A stretch of 64,000 bases of DNA from positions 4,076 to 68,075 of the forward strand of contig CAMBPQ010000003.1 of the NCBI GenBank assembly GCA_945869735.1, in the 5' to 3' direction. This document shows positions 38,049 to 47,204 of this stretch, piece by piece. The notes beneath the pieces are model-generated. The model did no database searches, was not told the DNA's origin, and saw only the letters and a list, made by a program, of their open reading frames with translations. This stretch comes from Planctomicrobium piriforme (GTDB lineage: Bacteria > Planctomycetota > Planctomycetia > Pirellulales > UBA1268). The position numbers were made by a program, and so were the translations under genes. Each line of letters begins with the position of its first letter. Within the stretch, counting starts at the first letter, position 1.

Positions 38049-38906
38049 ATGAATCATCATCGCACCGTCGGTGTACTGGGCGCGACGAGCCTGGTCGGTG
38101 AGCCGCTGCTCCCGCTGCTCACCGCGGCAGGGTGGCGGACGATCGCCTGCACGCGGGCCACATGCCTGCCCTGCGGGCCTGCCGACGGCGGCGTGAGCTG
38201 GTGCCATCCAGGCGATGCGCGGCCGGGCGGCGAGACGGTCGTCGCCACGTGGATTGCGCTCTGCCCGCTCTGGGCGCTGCCCAACCAGCTCGCGTGGCTC
38301 GAATCACTCTCGATCCGCAGGCTCGTCGCCCTCTCGTCGACGAGCCTGATCACGAAGCGGGAATCACCCGACCCGGAGGAACGCCGCGTCGCCAGAGTGC
38401 TGGCCGCCACCGAACAGACGCTGCGGGCGTGGAGCGTTGCCCGGGACGTTGAGGTCTGCCTGCTGCAGCCCACGATGATCTACGACGGCGTTCGCGACGG
38501 TAACGTGGCCGCCATCGCTGCGTTCGTCCGCCGCCACGGCTGGTTCCCGGTGGCCGGCCCCGCCCGGGGGCGACGGCAACCGGTGCACGCCGCCTGCGTC
38601 GCGGCCGCGTGCGTCGCCGCGATTGGCCGCGACTCGCTCGCCCCCGCCTACACCCTCTCCGGCGGCGCGGCGCTGCCGTTTCGAGATCTCGTGGCGGCGG
38701 TGTTCGCCGCCTGCGGGCTGCCGCCGCGGATCATCCACGTGCCCCGCCCTGTGTGGACCATGCTGCTACCGCTCGCCCGGGCTTTCGGCATCGCCGAGGG
38801 GGTATCGAGGGGCATGGCCGCGCGCATGAACGACGACCTCGCTTTCGACCATGCCGACGCGGCCCACGACCTCGGCTTCCGGCCCCGGCCGTTCACCCTC
38901 GCTTGA
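38049..38906 (+). CDS. NAD(P)-dependent epimerase/dehydratase (SDR) family protein
   Basis: N-terminal Rossmann GVLGATSLVGEPL. Size and context fit the family. Confidence 0.65.
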   Translation: MNHHRTVGVLGATSLVGEPLLPLLTAAGWRTIACTRATCLPCGPADGGVSWCHPGDARPGGETVVATWIALCPLWALPNQLAWLESLSIRRLVALSSTSLITKRESPDPEERRVARVLAATEQTLRAWSVARDVEVCLLQPTMIYDGVRDGNVAAIAAFVRRHGWFPVAGPARGRRQPVHAACVAAACVAAIGRDSLAPAYTLSGGAALPFRDLVAAVFAACGLPPRIIHVPRPVWTMLLPLARAFGIAEGVSRGMAARMNDDLAFDHADAAHDLGFRPRPFTLA

Positions 38907-39060
38907 GCGCATCTGCCTTTGGCGTAGCGTCGAGATGGCACCTCGGTGAAGGTAGGCGAGGGGGTCGGCGAACGCTCGAGGAGCCTTGGGCGTATCCTCG
39001 CCGCGGCGACGAGACTTTTGCCGCCCCCGAGCCGGCGATCCACGGAAGTCGAATGCGCTC
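38905..39060 (+). mobile_element. Family A MITE-like element, reference full-length copy (A3), 156 bp
   Basis: Perfect 8-bp terminal inverted repeat GAGCGCAT (38905-38912) / ATGCGCTC (39053-39060). Internal dyad CGAGGA(38977-82)/TCCTCG(38995-39000). It has no coding capacity and starts inside the TGA of the SDR gene. Confidence 0.75.
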
Positions 39061-39087
39061 TAGACTCGATACAGAGGCTCGATCCCC

Positions 39088-41001
39088 ATGACATCGCCAT
39101 CCCCGTTCGCAACGGCCGCGACACGCTGGATCGCGATCATCCCCGTGGCCCTCCTGGCTGTCGTGCTCGTCGGCCTCAACGTGGTCATTGACCCGTCCTC
39201 CTACGACGTATCGCAGCTGCCGCGACTCCTCGTGCTCTCTGCATTTCTGCTCGTCCTCACCCCGCTCGTGCTGCTCGTACCGGCGGTCGCCTCCCGGCTC
39301 GACACGTCGGTGCTTCGTGAGCCGGTCGTCGTGGCCTCGGCCGTCTCACTCCTCATATCGGTAGCGTCGCTCACCTTCGCGACCAACATGTCGGCGGGCT
39401 GGACCGACATCTTCCGGACGCTCGCCGCGGTCAGCGTGCTCGGCGGCGGCTGCCTCCTCCTGCCGCTCGATCGGGGCTGGAGGCAACGCGTCGTGGAGGC
39501 GCTCGTGCTCGCCGCCGTCGTGGCCGTCGCCCTTGGAGCCTCCGAAACGCTGACACGCTGCGGCCCTGGTTTCCCTAGCCGCCGGGCGATGGAGGTCGTG
39601 ACCGGACGGATGGCGAACGTCAATCTCTATGCCGGCCTCCTCGCGATGCTGCTGCCGTGGTGCCTGGGCGGGACGGCACTGCTCGCCGGTGGCTGGCGCT
39701 GGCTTTCGGCAGCGACGGCGGTCGGCACACTCGCGCTCATCGTGCTGGTCCAGTCCCGGGCAGCGTGGCTGGCGGTGCTTGTCTCCGCAGCCGTAACAGG
39801 GGCCGCCGCGGTTGCCTGCCACGACCGCCTGGCACTCTCGCGCAGCCTGCGGCGTTCGCTCGCGGCAGCTTTTCTCGGTGGTGCCGCGACGGTCCTCGGG
39901 ATAGCGTCGCTGACCGGCACCGACACACCGCTCGGTCACCTCCTCGAGACAACGCTCGTGACGCGGCCCCATCAAGCCGGCGGTCCGACCGACGGCGGCC
40001 GCACGATGATCTGGGGCGTCACGGCTCGGATGATCGCCGACCATCCGCTCACGGGCGTCGGCGCCGGCAACTTCACCATCCGGCTCCACGATTATTACGA
40101 CGGCAACCTCGACTTCTCGAACCTCTCAAGTGACAACTGGATTCAGCCGCATAACGACTTCCTGTGGGTATTCGCCGAGAAGGGACTGCCCGGGCTCGTG
40201 GCCTTTACGGCGATCTTCGTCGCGGCCCTCCTCGCCGTCCGCGACGTGCTCCGTTGTGGCTCAGTACGCGAGGCCAGGCTCGCCCTCGTCTGCCTGATGG
40301 CACTCGTGGCGTACCTCGTCTTCTCCTGCGTCGATTTTCCACTCGATCGTGTCACTCATCAGGTGCATCTCGCAGTCCTCTTGGCTGTGATCACCCTCGA
40401 GAAACATGCCGTGCGGCCCGTTTCGACGCGGCCCGTGCCGCTCCCCGGCTGGCTCGTCGTGCCGCCGACGGTCGCGGCCCTCGCGCTCGGCGTGACCTAT
40501 GCGACTGCGGCGCTCGACCAGGAACGGCAGGTCATGATCGCGCGGCGGGCAGGCCACGCCGGCGACTGGAAGACGATGCGGACCGCGGCCCGCGCGGCGG
40601 CGACCCCTTGGAAGTCCCTCGATCCGCTGGCCACGCCCATCGCCTTCCTCGAAGGCATGGCGGACATGCGACTCGGCCACCGTGACCAGGCGACCGCCTG
40701 CCTGGAACGAGCCTTCACGGCCAACCCCAACCGCATGTACGTCGTCAACAACCTCGCCGCCCTGTACGCAGAGGCCGGCCGGTTCGACGATGCGATCCCC
40801 CTGTTCGCTGCTGCCGCCGACCGCTATCCCGACCGGCTCGAACCGCGACACAACCTCGCTGGCTGCCTCGTCGACGCGGGCCGGTTCGCTGAGGCCGTGG
40901 CGGTGATCGAAACGGTACCCGAGGAGTATCGGACCGATCCGCTCAAGGAGATGCTGGCGTTTGCCCGTGAAAAGCTCGCGGTGTCGCCGGACGGTCGTTA
41001 G
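39088..41001 (+). CDS. O-antigen ligase/polymerase-like (Wzy_C) membrane protein with C-terminal TPR repeats
   Basis: Multiple TM helices, and the Wzy_C signature NWIQPHNDFLWVFAEKGLPGLV. C-terminal TPR-like NLAALYAEAGRFDDAIPLF...NLAGCLVDAGRFAEAV. Confidence 0.8.
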   Translation: MTSPSPFATAATRWIAIIPVALLAVVLVGLNVVIDPSSYDVSQLPRLLVLSAFLLVLTPLVLLVPAVASRLDTSVLREPVVVASAVSLLISVASLTFATNMSAGWTDIFRTLAAVSVLGGGCLLLPLDRGWRQRVVEALVLAAVVAVALGASETLTRCGPGFPSRRAMEVVTGRMANVNLYAGLLAMLLPWCLGGTALLAGGWRWLSAATAVGTLALIVLVQSRAAWLAVLVSAAVTGAAAVACHDRLALSRSLRRSLAAAFLGGAATVLGIASLTGTDTPLGHLLETTLVTRPHQAGGPTDGGRTMIWGVTARMIADHPLTGVGAGNFTIRLHDYYDGNLDFSNLSSDNWIQPHNDFLWVFAEKGLPGLVAFTAIFVAALLAVRDVLRCGSVREARLALVCLMALVAYLVFSCVDFPLDRVTHQVHLAVLLAVITLEKHAVRPVSTRPVPLPGWLVVPPTVAALALGVTYATAALDQERQVMIARRAGHAGDWKTMRTAARAAATPWKSLDPLATPIAFLEGMADMRLGHRDQATACLERAFTANPNRMYVVNNLAALYAEAGRFDDAIPLFAAAADRYPDRLEPRHNLAGCLVDAGRFAEAVAVIETVPEEYRTDPLKEMLAFAREKLAVSPDGR

Positions 41002-41165
41002 AGCGCATCTGCCATCAGTGGAGCGGGGCGGGGTGCTCCCCGCATTCCCCACGATTGGGGCTTCCTGACGGGAGGCAAAGAGGGTCGGCGAACGCTCGAG
41101 GAGCCTCGGGCGTATCCTCGCACCGGCGACGAGACTTTTGCCGCCCCCGAGCCAGCGATCCACCT
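41001..41165 (+). repeat. Family A element (A4) with an internal family B insertion; far terminus missing
   Basis: Starts GAGCGCATCTGCC inside the TAG stop (40999-41001). The B-like unit CCCCGCATTCCCCACGATTGGGGCTTCCTGACGGGAGG lies at ~41040-41080, after which the A body resumes (GGTCGGCGAACGCTCGAGGAGCC...GCCGCCCCCGAGCC). Confidence 0.7.
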
Positions 41166-41180
41166 CTCACCGGTTGCGTT

Positions 41181-41666
41181 TTAAAGCTGCGTCGGGTTGG
41201 GCGCGTCGCCATAGACGGCCTTCGGGTCGAAGGCCTTCTCATGCTCGAGAAACTCAAGCGCCGTTCCTTGGGTTCGTTCGGCTCCGACGGGCACTTTGCG
41301 GTAGAAGCACGAGCGATAGCCGACGTGGCAACTAGCGCCGCCGGCAATCTCCACACGGAGCCAGACGCAGTCTTGGTCGTCATCGATCCTCATCTCGACA
41401 ACTTTCTGCACGAGGCCGCTCGTGGCCCCCTTGTGCCAGAGTTGCTGGCGGCTGCGGCTCCAGTAGTGGGCCTCACCCGTCTCGATCGTCCTACCGAGCG
41501 CCTCGCGGTTCATCACCGCCACCATCAGCACCTCGCCCGTGTGAAAATCGGTAGTCACGCAGGGAATCAGGCCGCTGGAGTCGAACTTGGGGGCGAGGTC
41601 GTTGCCCTCCTCAACCTGCTCGACGCTGACACGATTGCCAAAGACACTTTCCGGATCACTCGACAC
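41181..41666 (-). CDS. hisI: Phosphoribosyl-AMP cyclohydrolase
   Basis: [41 protein letters not shown]....DDDQD..WL.V. Confidence 0.9.
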   Translation of the reverse strand: MSSDPESVFGNRVSVEQVEEGNDLAPKFDSSGLIPCVTTDFHTGEVLMVAVMNREALGRTIETGEAHYWSRSRQQLWHKGATSGLVQKVVEMRIDDDQDCVWLRVEIAGGASCHVGYRSCFYRKVPVGAERTQGTALEFLEHEKAFDPKAVYGDAPNPTQL

Positions 41667-41788
41667 GGCTCTGCTCCTCGCTGACGGACTCGATCGGCTG
41701 GTACTATACCACCCTGATGTGCTCTGCTTCGGCCGTAGGTGGCCCGGGCAGAGCCGCCGTATTCTCTTTCGTTCCGGAGCACGTCGCC

Positions 41789-43072
41789 ATGATTTCGGCC
41801 TGCCTGCGATCCCTCGCCCTGCTCGGTCTGGGCCCGCTCATCCTCGCCTCGGCGGCTACCGCGTCCGATTGGCCGACCTTTCGCGGCGCCGACCGCACCG
41901 CGGTCGCCCCCGACACTGATCTCCTCGACTCATGGCCCGCCGACGGGCCGCCGCTCGTCTGGGAAACGAAGGGGGCCGGCCGCGGCTACGCGAGCCTCGC
42001 GATCGTGGGCGATCGGATCTTCACGCTCGGCGACGGGCTGTCGACCGCTGACGATACGGATGAATACCTCTGCTGCTTTGAGCGGACGACGGGCCGGCCG
42101 CTCTGGAAGACGAAGACGGGTGGGCCGTGGACCGACGGTCCGGAATCGTGGCAGAGCTCGCGGAGCACACCCACCGTTGATGGCGACATGGTCTACGTGA
42201 TCACGCCCTTCGGCCAGCTCGTCGCCTGCCTCACCGCCGACGGCCGCGAGGTCTTCCGGGTCGATCTCAAACAGCAGTTCAGCGGCAAGAAAGGAGATAG
42301 CTGGGGCTACAGCGAGTCGGTTCTCATCGACGATAACCAGCTCGTCTGCACGCCCGGGGGCGAGCAGGCGGCCATGGTCGCGCTCGACAAAAAGACCGGC
42401 CGGACGCTCTGGACGTGTGCTGTGCCCGGTCTGCGTGGCGCCGGGCACTCGTCGATCGTGATCGCCGAGGTCAAGGGACGGCGCACTTATGTGCAGACGA
42501 CCGCCAGCGGCCCGATCGGCGTCGACGGCAAGGCTGGCACGCTCCTCTGGGGCTACCCGATCGACCAGACGACGGCCGTGATTCCCACGCCGATCGTGAA
42601 AGACGACCTCGTCTTCTTCTCCGCCGGCTACAAGCGCGGCGGCGCCCTGTTGAGACAGGTCCCCGGCCCCGGGGGCACCGTGAAGGTCGAGGAGATCTAT
42701 GGGCTCAACACCGACCTCGCCAACAAGCACGGCGGCATCGTCTTGGTCGGCGACCACCTCTACGGCGACTCCGACGACAAGGGCATCCCGTTCTGCGCCG
42801 AGTTGATGACCGGCAAGATCCTCTGGAAGCAGCGGGGCAGCGGCAAGAACTCGGCCACCGTGTTGGCCGCCGACGGCCATGTCTACATCCGCTATGCCGA
42901 CGGCACGGTGTCGCTTGTGAAGGCCGACCCGACGGCCTACCAGGAGGTGGGGAGCTTCAAGGTGCCGGGGAGTGGTGAGCGGCCCAGCTGGGCCCACATG
43001 GTCATCGTCGACGGGAAGCTCTACCTCCGCGAGGGCGACGCCATCCTCTGCTACGACGTGCAGGCGAAGTGA
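41789..43072 (+). CDS. PQQ-like beta-propeller repeat protein (BamB/outer-membrane-assembly-like fold), secreted
   Basis: Signal peptide followed by [11 protein letters not shown]. Repeated blade-like segments G..VY..T..G.L.C....G...W. The start is at Met 41789. Confidence 0.75.
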   Translation: MISACLRSLALLGLGPLILASAATASDWPTFRGADRTAVAPDTDLLDSWPADGPPLVWETKGAGRGYASLAIVGDRIFTLGDGLSTADDTDEYLCCFERTTGRPLWKTKTGGPWTDGPESWQSSRSTPTVDGDMVYVITPFGQLVACLTADGREVFRVDLKQQFSGKKGDSWGYSESVLIDDNQLVCTPGGEQAAMVALDKKTGRTLWTCAVPGLRGAGHSSIVIAEVKGRRTYVQTTASGPIGVDGKAGTLLWGYPIDQTTAVIPTPIVKDDLVFFSAGYKRGGALLRQVPGPGGTVKVEEIYGLNTDLANKHGGIVLVGDHLYGDSDDKGIPFCAELMTGKILWKQRGSGKNSATVLAADGHVYIRYADGTVSLVKADPTAYQEVGSFKVPGSGERPSWAHMVIVDGKLYLREGDAILCYDVQAK

Positions 43073-43130
43073 ACCCGTGCCGGCACGGCTCCGAAGAGAC
43101 CGCACCGGCACAGGATGATCGTCCAGCCGG

Positions 43131-43844
43131 TCAGTCGGCGCAGTCGGCGACGCTACGGTACACAAGCCCGCCCACGATGCCACCGACGATCGGCGCGACC
43201 CAAAACAGCCACAGCTGCTCGATTGCCCAGCCGCCGGCGAACAAGGCCGTGGCGGTACTCCGCGCCGGGTTCACCGAGGTGTTGGTGACCGGGATGCTGA
43301 CCAAGTGGATCAGCGTCAGACACAGTCCGATCGCGATCGGGGCGATCACGCTGCCGGCCTTCTTGTCGGTCACGCCGTGGATCACGAACAGAAACACGGC
43401 CGTCAGCACCGCCTCGATGATGAAGCAGCTCTGCCAGGTGTAGCCGCCGCCGCCGAGGCTCGCCATCGGCGAGTGGTCGCCGTAGCCATTGGAGGCAAAG
43501 CCGCTGATCGCCGCGTCGAACCCGGGCAGGCCCTTGGCCACGAGGTAGAGGATGCCAGCCCCGCCGATGCCGCCCACGACCTGCGCGACCCAGTAGGGGA
43601 TCAGGTCCTTCGCGGGCACGCGGCCGCTGGCCACCAGGCCGGCTGTCACCGCCGGGTTCAAATGGCAGCCGGAGATATGTCCGATAGCCGCCGCCATCGT
43701 GAGCACCGTCAGGCCGAAGGCCAGCGCCACGCCGACAAAGCCGATGCCGAGGTCGGGATAGGCAGCGGCGAGGACGGCGCTGCCGCAGCCCCCGAGCACC
43801 AGCCAGAACGTGCCGATTGCCTCGGCGAGCAGTTTTCCAATCAT
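43131..43844 (-). CDS. aqpZ: Aquaporin Z
   Basis: Two NPA boxes ([12 protein letters not shown] and [11 protein letters not shown]). N-terminus [21 protein letters not shown]. Confidence 0.9.
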   Translation of the reverse strand: MIGKLLAEAIGTFWLVLGGCGSAVLAAAYPDLGIGFVGVALAFGLTVLTMAAAIGHISGCHLNPAVTAGLVASGRVPAKDLIPYWVAQVVGGIGGAGILYLVAKGLPGFDAAISGFASNGYGDHSPMASLGGGGYTWQSCFIIEAVLTAVFLFVIHGVTDKKAGSVIAPIAIGLCLTLIHLVSIPVTNTSVNPARSTATALFAGGWAIEQLWLFWVAPIVGGIVGGLVYRSVADCAD

Positions 43845-43980
43845 GAAGTACTCTCCAGAAGTGTCGCAGGCGAGGGAGCAGCCGTGCCGCTCGATGCCCG
43901 CGATTGCGAAACACGCTAGGGCCGGACCGGGGCCATAGTCAATCGCAATCACAGCCAAAAACAGGCCACGCCTGCCGGCG

Positions 43981-44370
43981 TCAGCCCACAAGCAACAGGA
44001 ACCTGGGTACGAAGATAACCAGGCCCACAATGATCGCCACGGCCACGGCCACGAGCACCGCAGCGCTGGCCGTGTCGAGGGCGTCGCGGATCCGAAGGTC
44101 GGGGCCGGTCTCCATCGCCTTGGCCAAGGATTCGATCGAGGTGTTGAACACCTCGGCCGCCACAACGGCGCCGATCGCGAGCGTCACCAGGCACCATTCC
44201 ACGGAGCTGATTCGAAACCACGCGGCGCAGCCCACGGCCACGGCCGCCACCGGCAGGTGAGCCACAAAACTCCACTCGCTTGTGACCGCGTGAAAGAGTC
44301 CGCGAAACGCGTCGCCGAACTTGTGGAGCCACGATCGCGGCGGGCCAGGATGGCTTTCAGGAGCGGCCAC
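43981..44370 (-). CDS. dgkA: Diacylglycerol kinase (prokaryotic DgkA family)
   Basis: ~129 aa with three TM helices, and [10 protein letters not shown] (the E..NTAIE motif). Confidence 0.8.
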   Translation of the reverse strand: MAAPESHPGPPRSWLHKFGDAFRGLFHAVTSEWSFVAHLPVAAVAVGCAAWFRISSVEWCLVTLAIGAVVAAEVFNTSIESLAKAMETGPDLRIRDALDTASAAVLVAVAVAIIVGLVIFVPRFLLLVG

Positions 44371-44371
44371 G

Positions 44372-44902
44372 TCAGCCAGCTTTCACGTACGGGTCGCCCT
44401 TCTTCCAGTTGCATGGGCAGAGTTCGTCGCTCTGCAGCGCGTCGAGCACGCGGAGCACCTCGGCGACATTGCGGCCCACGCGGCCCTGGTTGACGTCGAC
44501 CCACTGAATAATGCCATTCGGATCGACGATGAACGTGGCCCGCAGGCAGTAGCCCTCCGTCTTCTCCAGAATGCCGAGTTCGGGGGCAAGCTTCTGGGCC
44601 GCGATCAGCGGATAGCCGAGATTCGTCAGGTCGGCATGACCTCGCCGCCAGGCGAGGTGCGACCACTCGTTGTCGGTGCTGCCGCCCACGACGCTGGTGT
44701 CACGGTCGGCGAAGGCCTTGAGTTGCTTGTGGAACTCAGCGAGTTCCGTCGGGCAGACAAACGTGAAGTCCTTCGGATAGAAGAAGTAGACTACCCACTT
44801 GCCAGTGTAGTCGGCGTTGGTCAGCAGCTTCATGTCGTCCTTGCCGGTGCCGATGCAGGCCTGGCAGGAAAACTGGGGAAAAGAATCGCCGACAGTGAGC
44901 AT
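44372..44902 (-). CDS. Typical 2-Cys peroxiredoxin (AhpC/Prx1 family)
   Basis: Peroxidatic FFYPKDFTFVCPTE and resolving-Cys region ELCPCNW. An alternative upstream start lies at 44917. Confidence 0.9.
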   Translation of the reverse strand: MLTVGDSFPQFSCQACIGTGKDDMKLLTNADYTGKWVVYFFYPKDFTFVCPTELAEFHKQLKAFADRDTSVVGGSTDNEWSHLAWRRGHADLTNLGYPLIAAQKLAPELGILEKTEGYCLRATFIVDPNGIIQWVDVNQGRVGRNVAEVLRVLDALQSDELCPCNWKKGDPYVKAG

Positions 44903-45062
44903 GCCTGTTGTCTCCACGGGAATCGACCGAACCTACTCGTCTCGCCGCGCACGACAAGTCGCTCGACGCTGAAAGTCTCGTTCCGAGTGTACGGGTGCCG
45001 CACCGCTCCTTCAACATGACCGCGGGGCGATCCCCGGCCCGAGGGTGCATACTAGGTGGGTC

Positions 45063-46166
45063 ATGCCTCCAGACCAGCGCACCGATTCCAGCCCTCGAAT
45101 CTGCCACGACCCCCTCTCCGGCCGTCCCGTCTTCGTGGCACCCCAGCGTGGCGGGAAGCCGAACGACCGGGAACTCGTCGTGTCGGGCGACGGTGTCACC
45201 GACCATCCGTCGGTGTGGTGCCCCTTTTGTGTGGGCAACGAGTCCCGCACACCACCAGATATCGTCCGGGCGCCCGCCGACATGGCTGCCCCGTGGCAGT
45301 CGCGGATCGTCACTAACGGTTATCCCATTACGACCGATCGACCACCGCTGGATCTATCGGAGTCGGGCTGGGCGGGTAGCGACCGCTACGCCCACGGCAC
45401 CCACGACGTGGTCATCGAGTCACCGCGTCACGACCGCTCGATCCTCGCTGTCGCGCCCGAGGCGTGGCGCGACGTCTGGACGATCTGCCAGCGCCGGTTC
45501 GTGATGCTCGCCGAGCAGCCGGGCCTCGCGTGGGCCACGGTCTTCAAAAACTCTGGCCCCAGGGCCGGGGCATCGCTCGAACATGTCCACAGCCAACTGA
45601 TCGGCGTCGACATCGTCCCCCCGGCACTGCACACCGAACTTGCGACGCTCGAGGTCCAGCGCGATCCCTTCGGCCGCCTGCTCGCGGAAGCGCGTGCAGC
45701 AGGCCGGATCATTGCGACGGCGGACGACCTTGTCGCCCTCGTGCCCCCTGCCCCGCGGCAACCCTTCGAGACATGGATCGTCGTGGCGGAGCCGGAGCGG
45801 CACTTTCATGCTGCGTCGGCCGCCCGCGTAATGGCGATCGCCGACCTGACCCGCGACATTGTCGGCAGGCTTGAACGACTGGTGCCGGGCTGCGACTACA
45901 ACTGGTGGCTGCACCAGGCCCCTTTTGATCGCTCGATCAACACCCCCGGCCGCGCGGCGGCATGGCATTGGCACCTCGAGATCCTGCCGCGTCTGACTGA
46001 GTTGGCCGGATTCGAACTCGGAACGGGCTGCCACATCACGACCATGACGGCCGAGGACGCGGCCCATCGCCTGCGCGACGCCGCGGTCGAGACCGGATTC
46101 GACGTATGTGTCTCGCCAGCCCGGGGGTGGCAAAAGTCTCGTCGCCGGGGTGAGGATGCGGTCTAG
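45063..46166 (+). CDS. Galactose-1-phosphate uridylyltransferase-like (GalT/HIT superfamily) nucleotidyltransferase
   Basis: Zn site WCPFCVGNE, and the active site GASLEHVHSQLIG (HxHxQ). The last ~23 codons and the stop are contributed by a family A repeat fragment. Confidence 0.75.
   Translation: MPPDQRTDSSPRICHDPLSGRPVFVAPQRGGKPNDRELVVSGDGVTDHPSVWCPFCVGNESRTPPDIVRAPADMAAPWQSRIVTNGYPITTDRPPLDLSESGWAGSDRYAHGTHDVVIESPRHDRSILAVAPEAWRDVWTICQRRFVMLAEQPGLAWATVFKNSGPRAGASLEHVHSQLIGVDIVPPALHTELATLEVQRDPFGRLLAEARAAGRIIATADDLVALVPPAPRQPFETWIVVAEPERHFHAASAARVMAIADLTRDIVGRLERLVPGCDYNWWLHQAPFDRSINTPGRAAAWHWHLEILPRLTELAGFELGTGCHITTMTAEDAAHRLRDAAVETGFDVCVSPARGWQKSRRRGEDAV
46095..46160 (-). repeat. Family A fragment (A6) embedded in the 3' end of the GalT-like CDS
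   Basis: GGATTCGAC...CCCGGGGGTGGCAAAAGTCTCGTCGCCGGGGTGAGGAT aligns with the A1/A2 left halves. Confidence 0.65.
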
Positions 46167-46861
46167 CAGCCGGCCAGGGCGGCCCAGTCGACACCCGGCG
46201 GCATGTGTGTCGCCCCGTGTTCGAGGATCACCACGGGGATCGTTGGCAGTCGAAGAGCGATATCGGCCGCGCTATCGCGGGCGATCGCAACGTCGCTCGC
46301 CGGGTCGTGAGCGGCTCCCGTCGCCGGGGTCGTGTGCGACAGCACTACGGCAGCCACCTCGAGACCCTCCGCCCGTGCGGCCCGACACATGGCGAGTGAT
46401 CGACCGACCGCACCGAGCCGCGCGGCGTCGACGATCACGAGCGGCATGCAGAAGTCGCGGGCGAGGTCGGCGACGAGCGTCGCATCGCCCACAGGTGAAA
46501 ACAATCCGCCGGCTCCCTCGACGACGACAACGTCGGCTGCGGACAGCCAGGCGTCGAGCCCGGTGCGCAGCAGTCGCTCATCGACGTGGCTGCCAGCGTG
46601 GCGGGCGCTGCGATGGGGTGCGATCGGCGTTGCGAAAACCTGCGGACAGACGTCGCCGGGCGCCAGCGGCTTTCCCGCAGCGTCCCATAACAGCCAGGCA
46701 TCACCCGCCGTGTCGTCAGCGGTCGCGCACCCGCTGGCGACGGGCTTGTAGACCCCCACCCGTCGGCCCGTAACCGCCAGCGAGCGGACGATGGCCGTGG
46801 CGACATGCGTCTTGCCCACGTCGGTGTCTGTGCCAACGACGAACAACCCGGCTCGCTTCAT
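46163..46861 (-). CDS. bioD: Dethiobiotin synthase
   Basis: LFVVGTDTDVGKTHV (P-loop), YKPVASG, VVVEGAGG. Confidence 0.85.
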   Translation of the reverse strand: MKRAGLFVVGTDTDVGKTHVATAIVRSLAVTGRRVGVYKPVASGCATADDTAGDAWLLWDAAGKPLAPGDVCPQVFATPIAPHRSARHAGSHVDERLLRTGLDAWLSAADVVVVEGAGGLFSPVGDATLVADLARDFCMPLVIVDAARLGAVGRSLAMCRAARAEGLEVAAVVLSHTTPATGAAHDPASDVAIARDSAADIALRLPTIPVVILEHGATHMPPGVDWAALAGC

Positions 46862-46976
46862 CGAAATCCCATTCCAAACCCGCTACCGTCATTGCTTCAG
46901 CAACGCTGCTGTTTTACACTGCAGAAAGTAATGGGACTCGTTCTCACTTTTTCCCCTTACGCTTCGGCATCTTCCT

Positions 46977-47204
46977 ATGGTCTCGCTCGACGATATTCCC
47001 GTGGGCACCACGGCCCGCGTTCATGACGTTACCGGGGCTGACCCCGTATCGATTCGGCTTTTGGAGATGGGGCTGACTCCTGGCATCGAGATTCGTCTCG
47101 TGAGCCGGGCGCCGTTCGGCGACCCGCTCGAACTCGAGGTCCGCGGCTATCGCCTTTCGATCCGGCGGCACGAGGCTGCCCTGGTCTCGATCGGTGACTG
47201 CTGA
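46977..47204 (+). CDS. feoA: Ferrous iron transport protein A
   Basis: 75-aa SH3-like FeoA pattern: L.D...G..A.V......D......RLLEMGL.PG..I.......GDP.E....G..LSIRR.EA.. Confidence 0.85.
   Translation: MVSLDDIPVGTTARVHDVTGADPVSIRLLEMGLTPGIEIRLVSRAPFGDPLELEVRGYRLSIRRHEAALVSIGDC

Noticed and set aside
46920-46955. AT-richer stretch upstream of feoA (CAGAAAGTAATGGGACTCGTTCTCACTTTTTC) considered as a Fur box
   Set aside because: Only ~9 of 19 positions match GATAATGATAATCATTATC, and the dyad is just 5 bp (AAAGT/ACTTT). It is plausible as a promoter or operator region but not callable as a Fur site.
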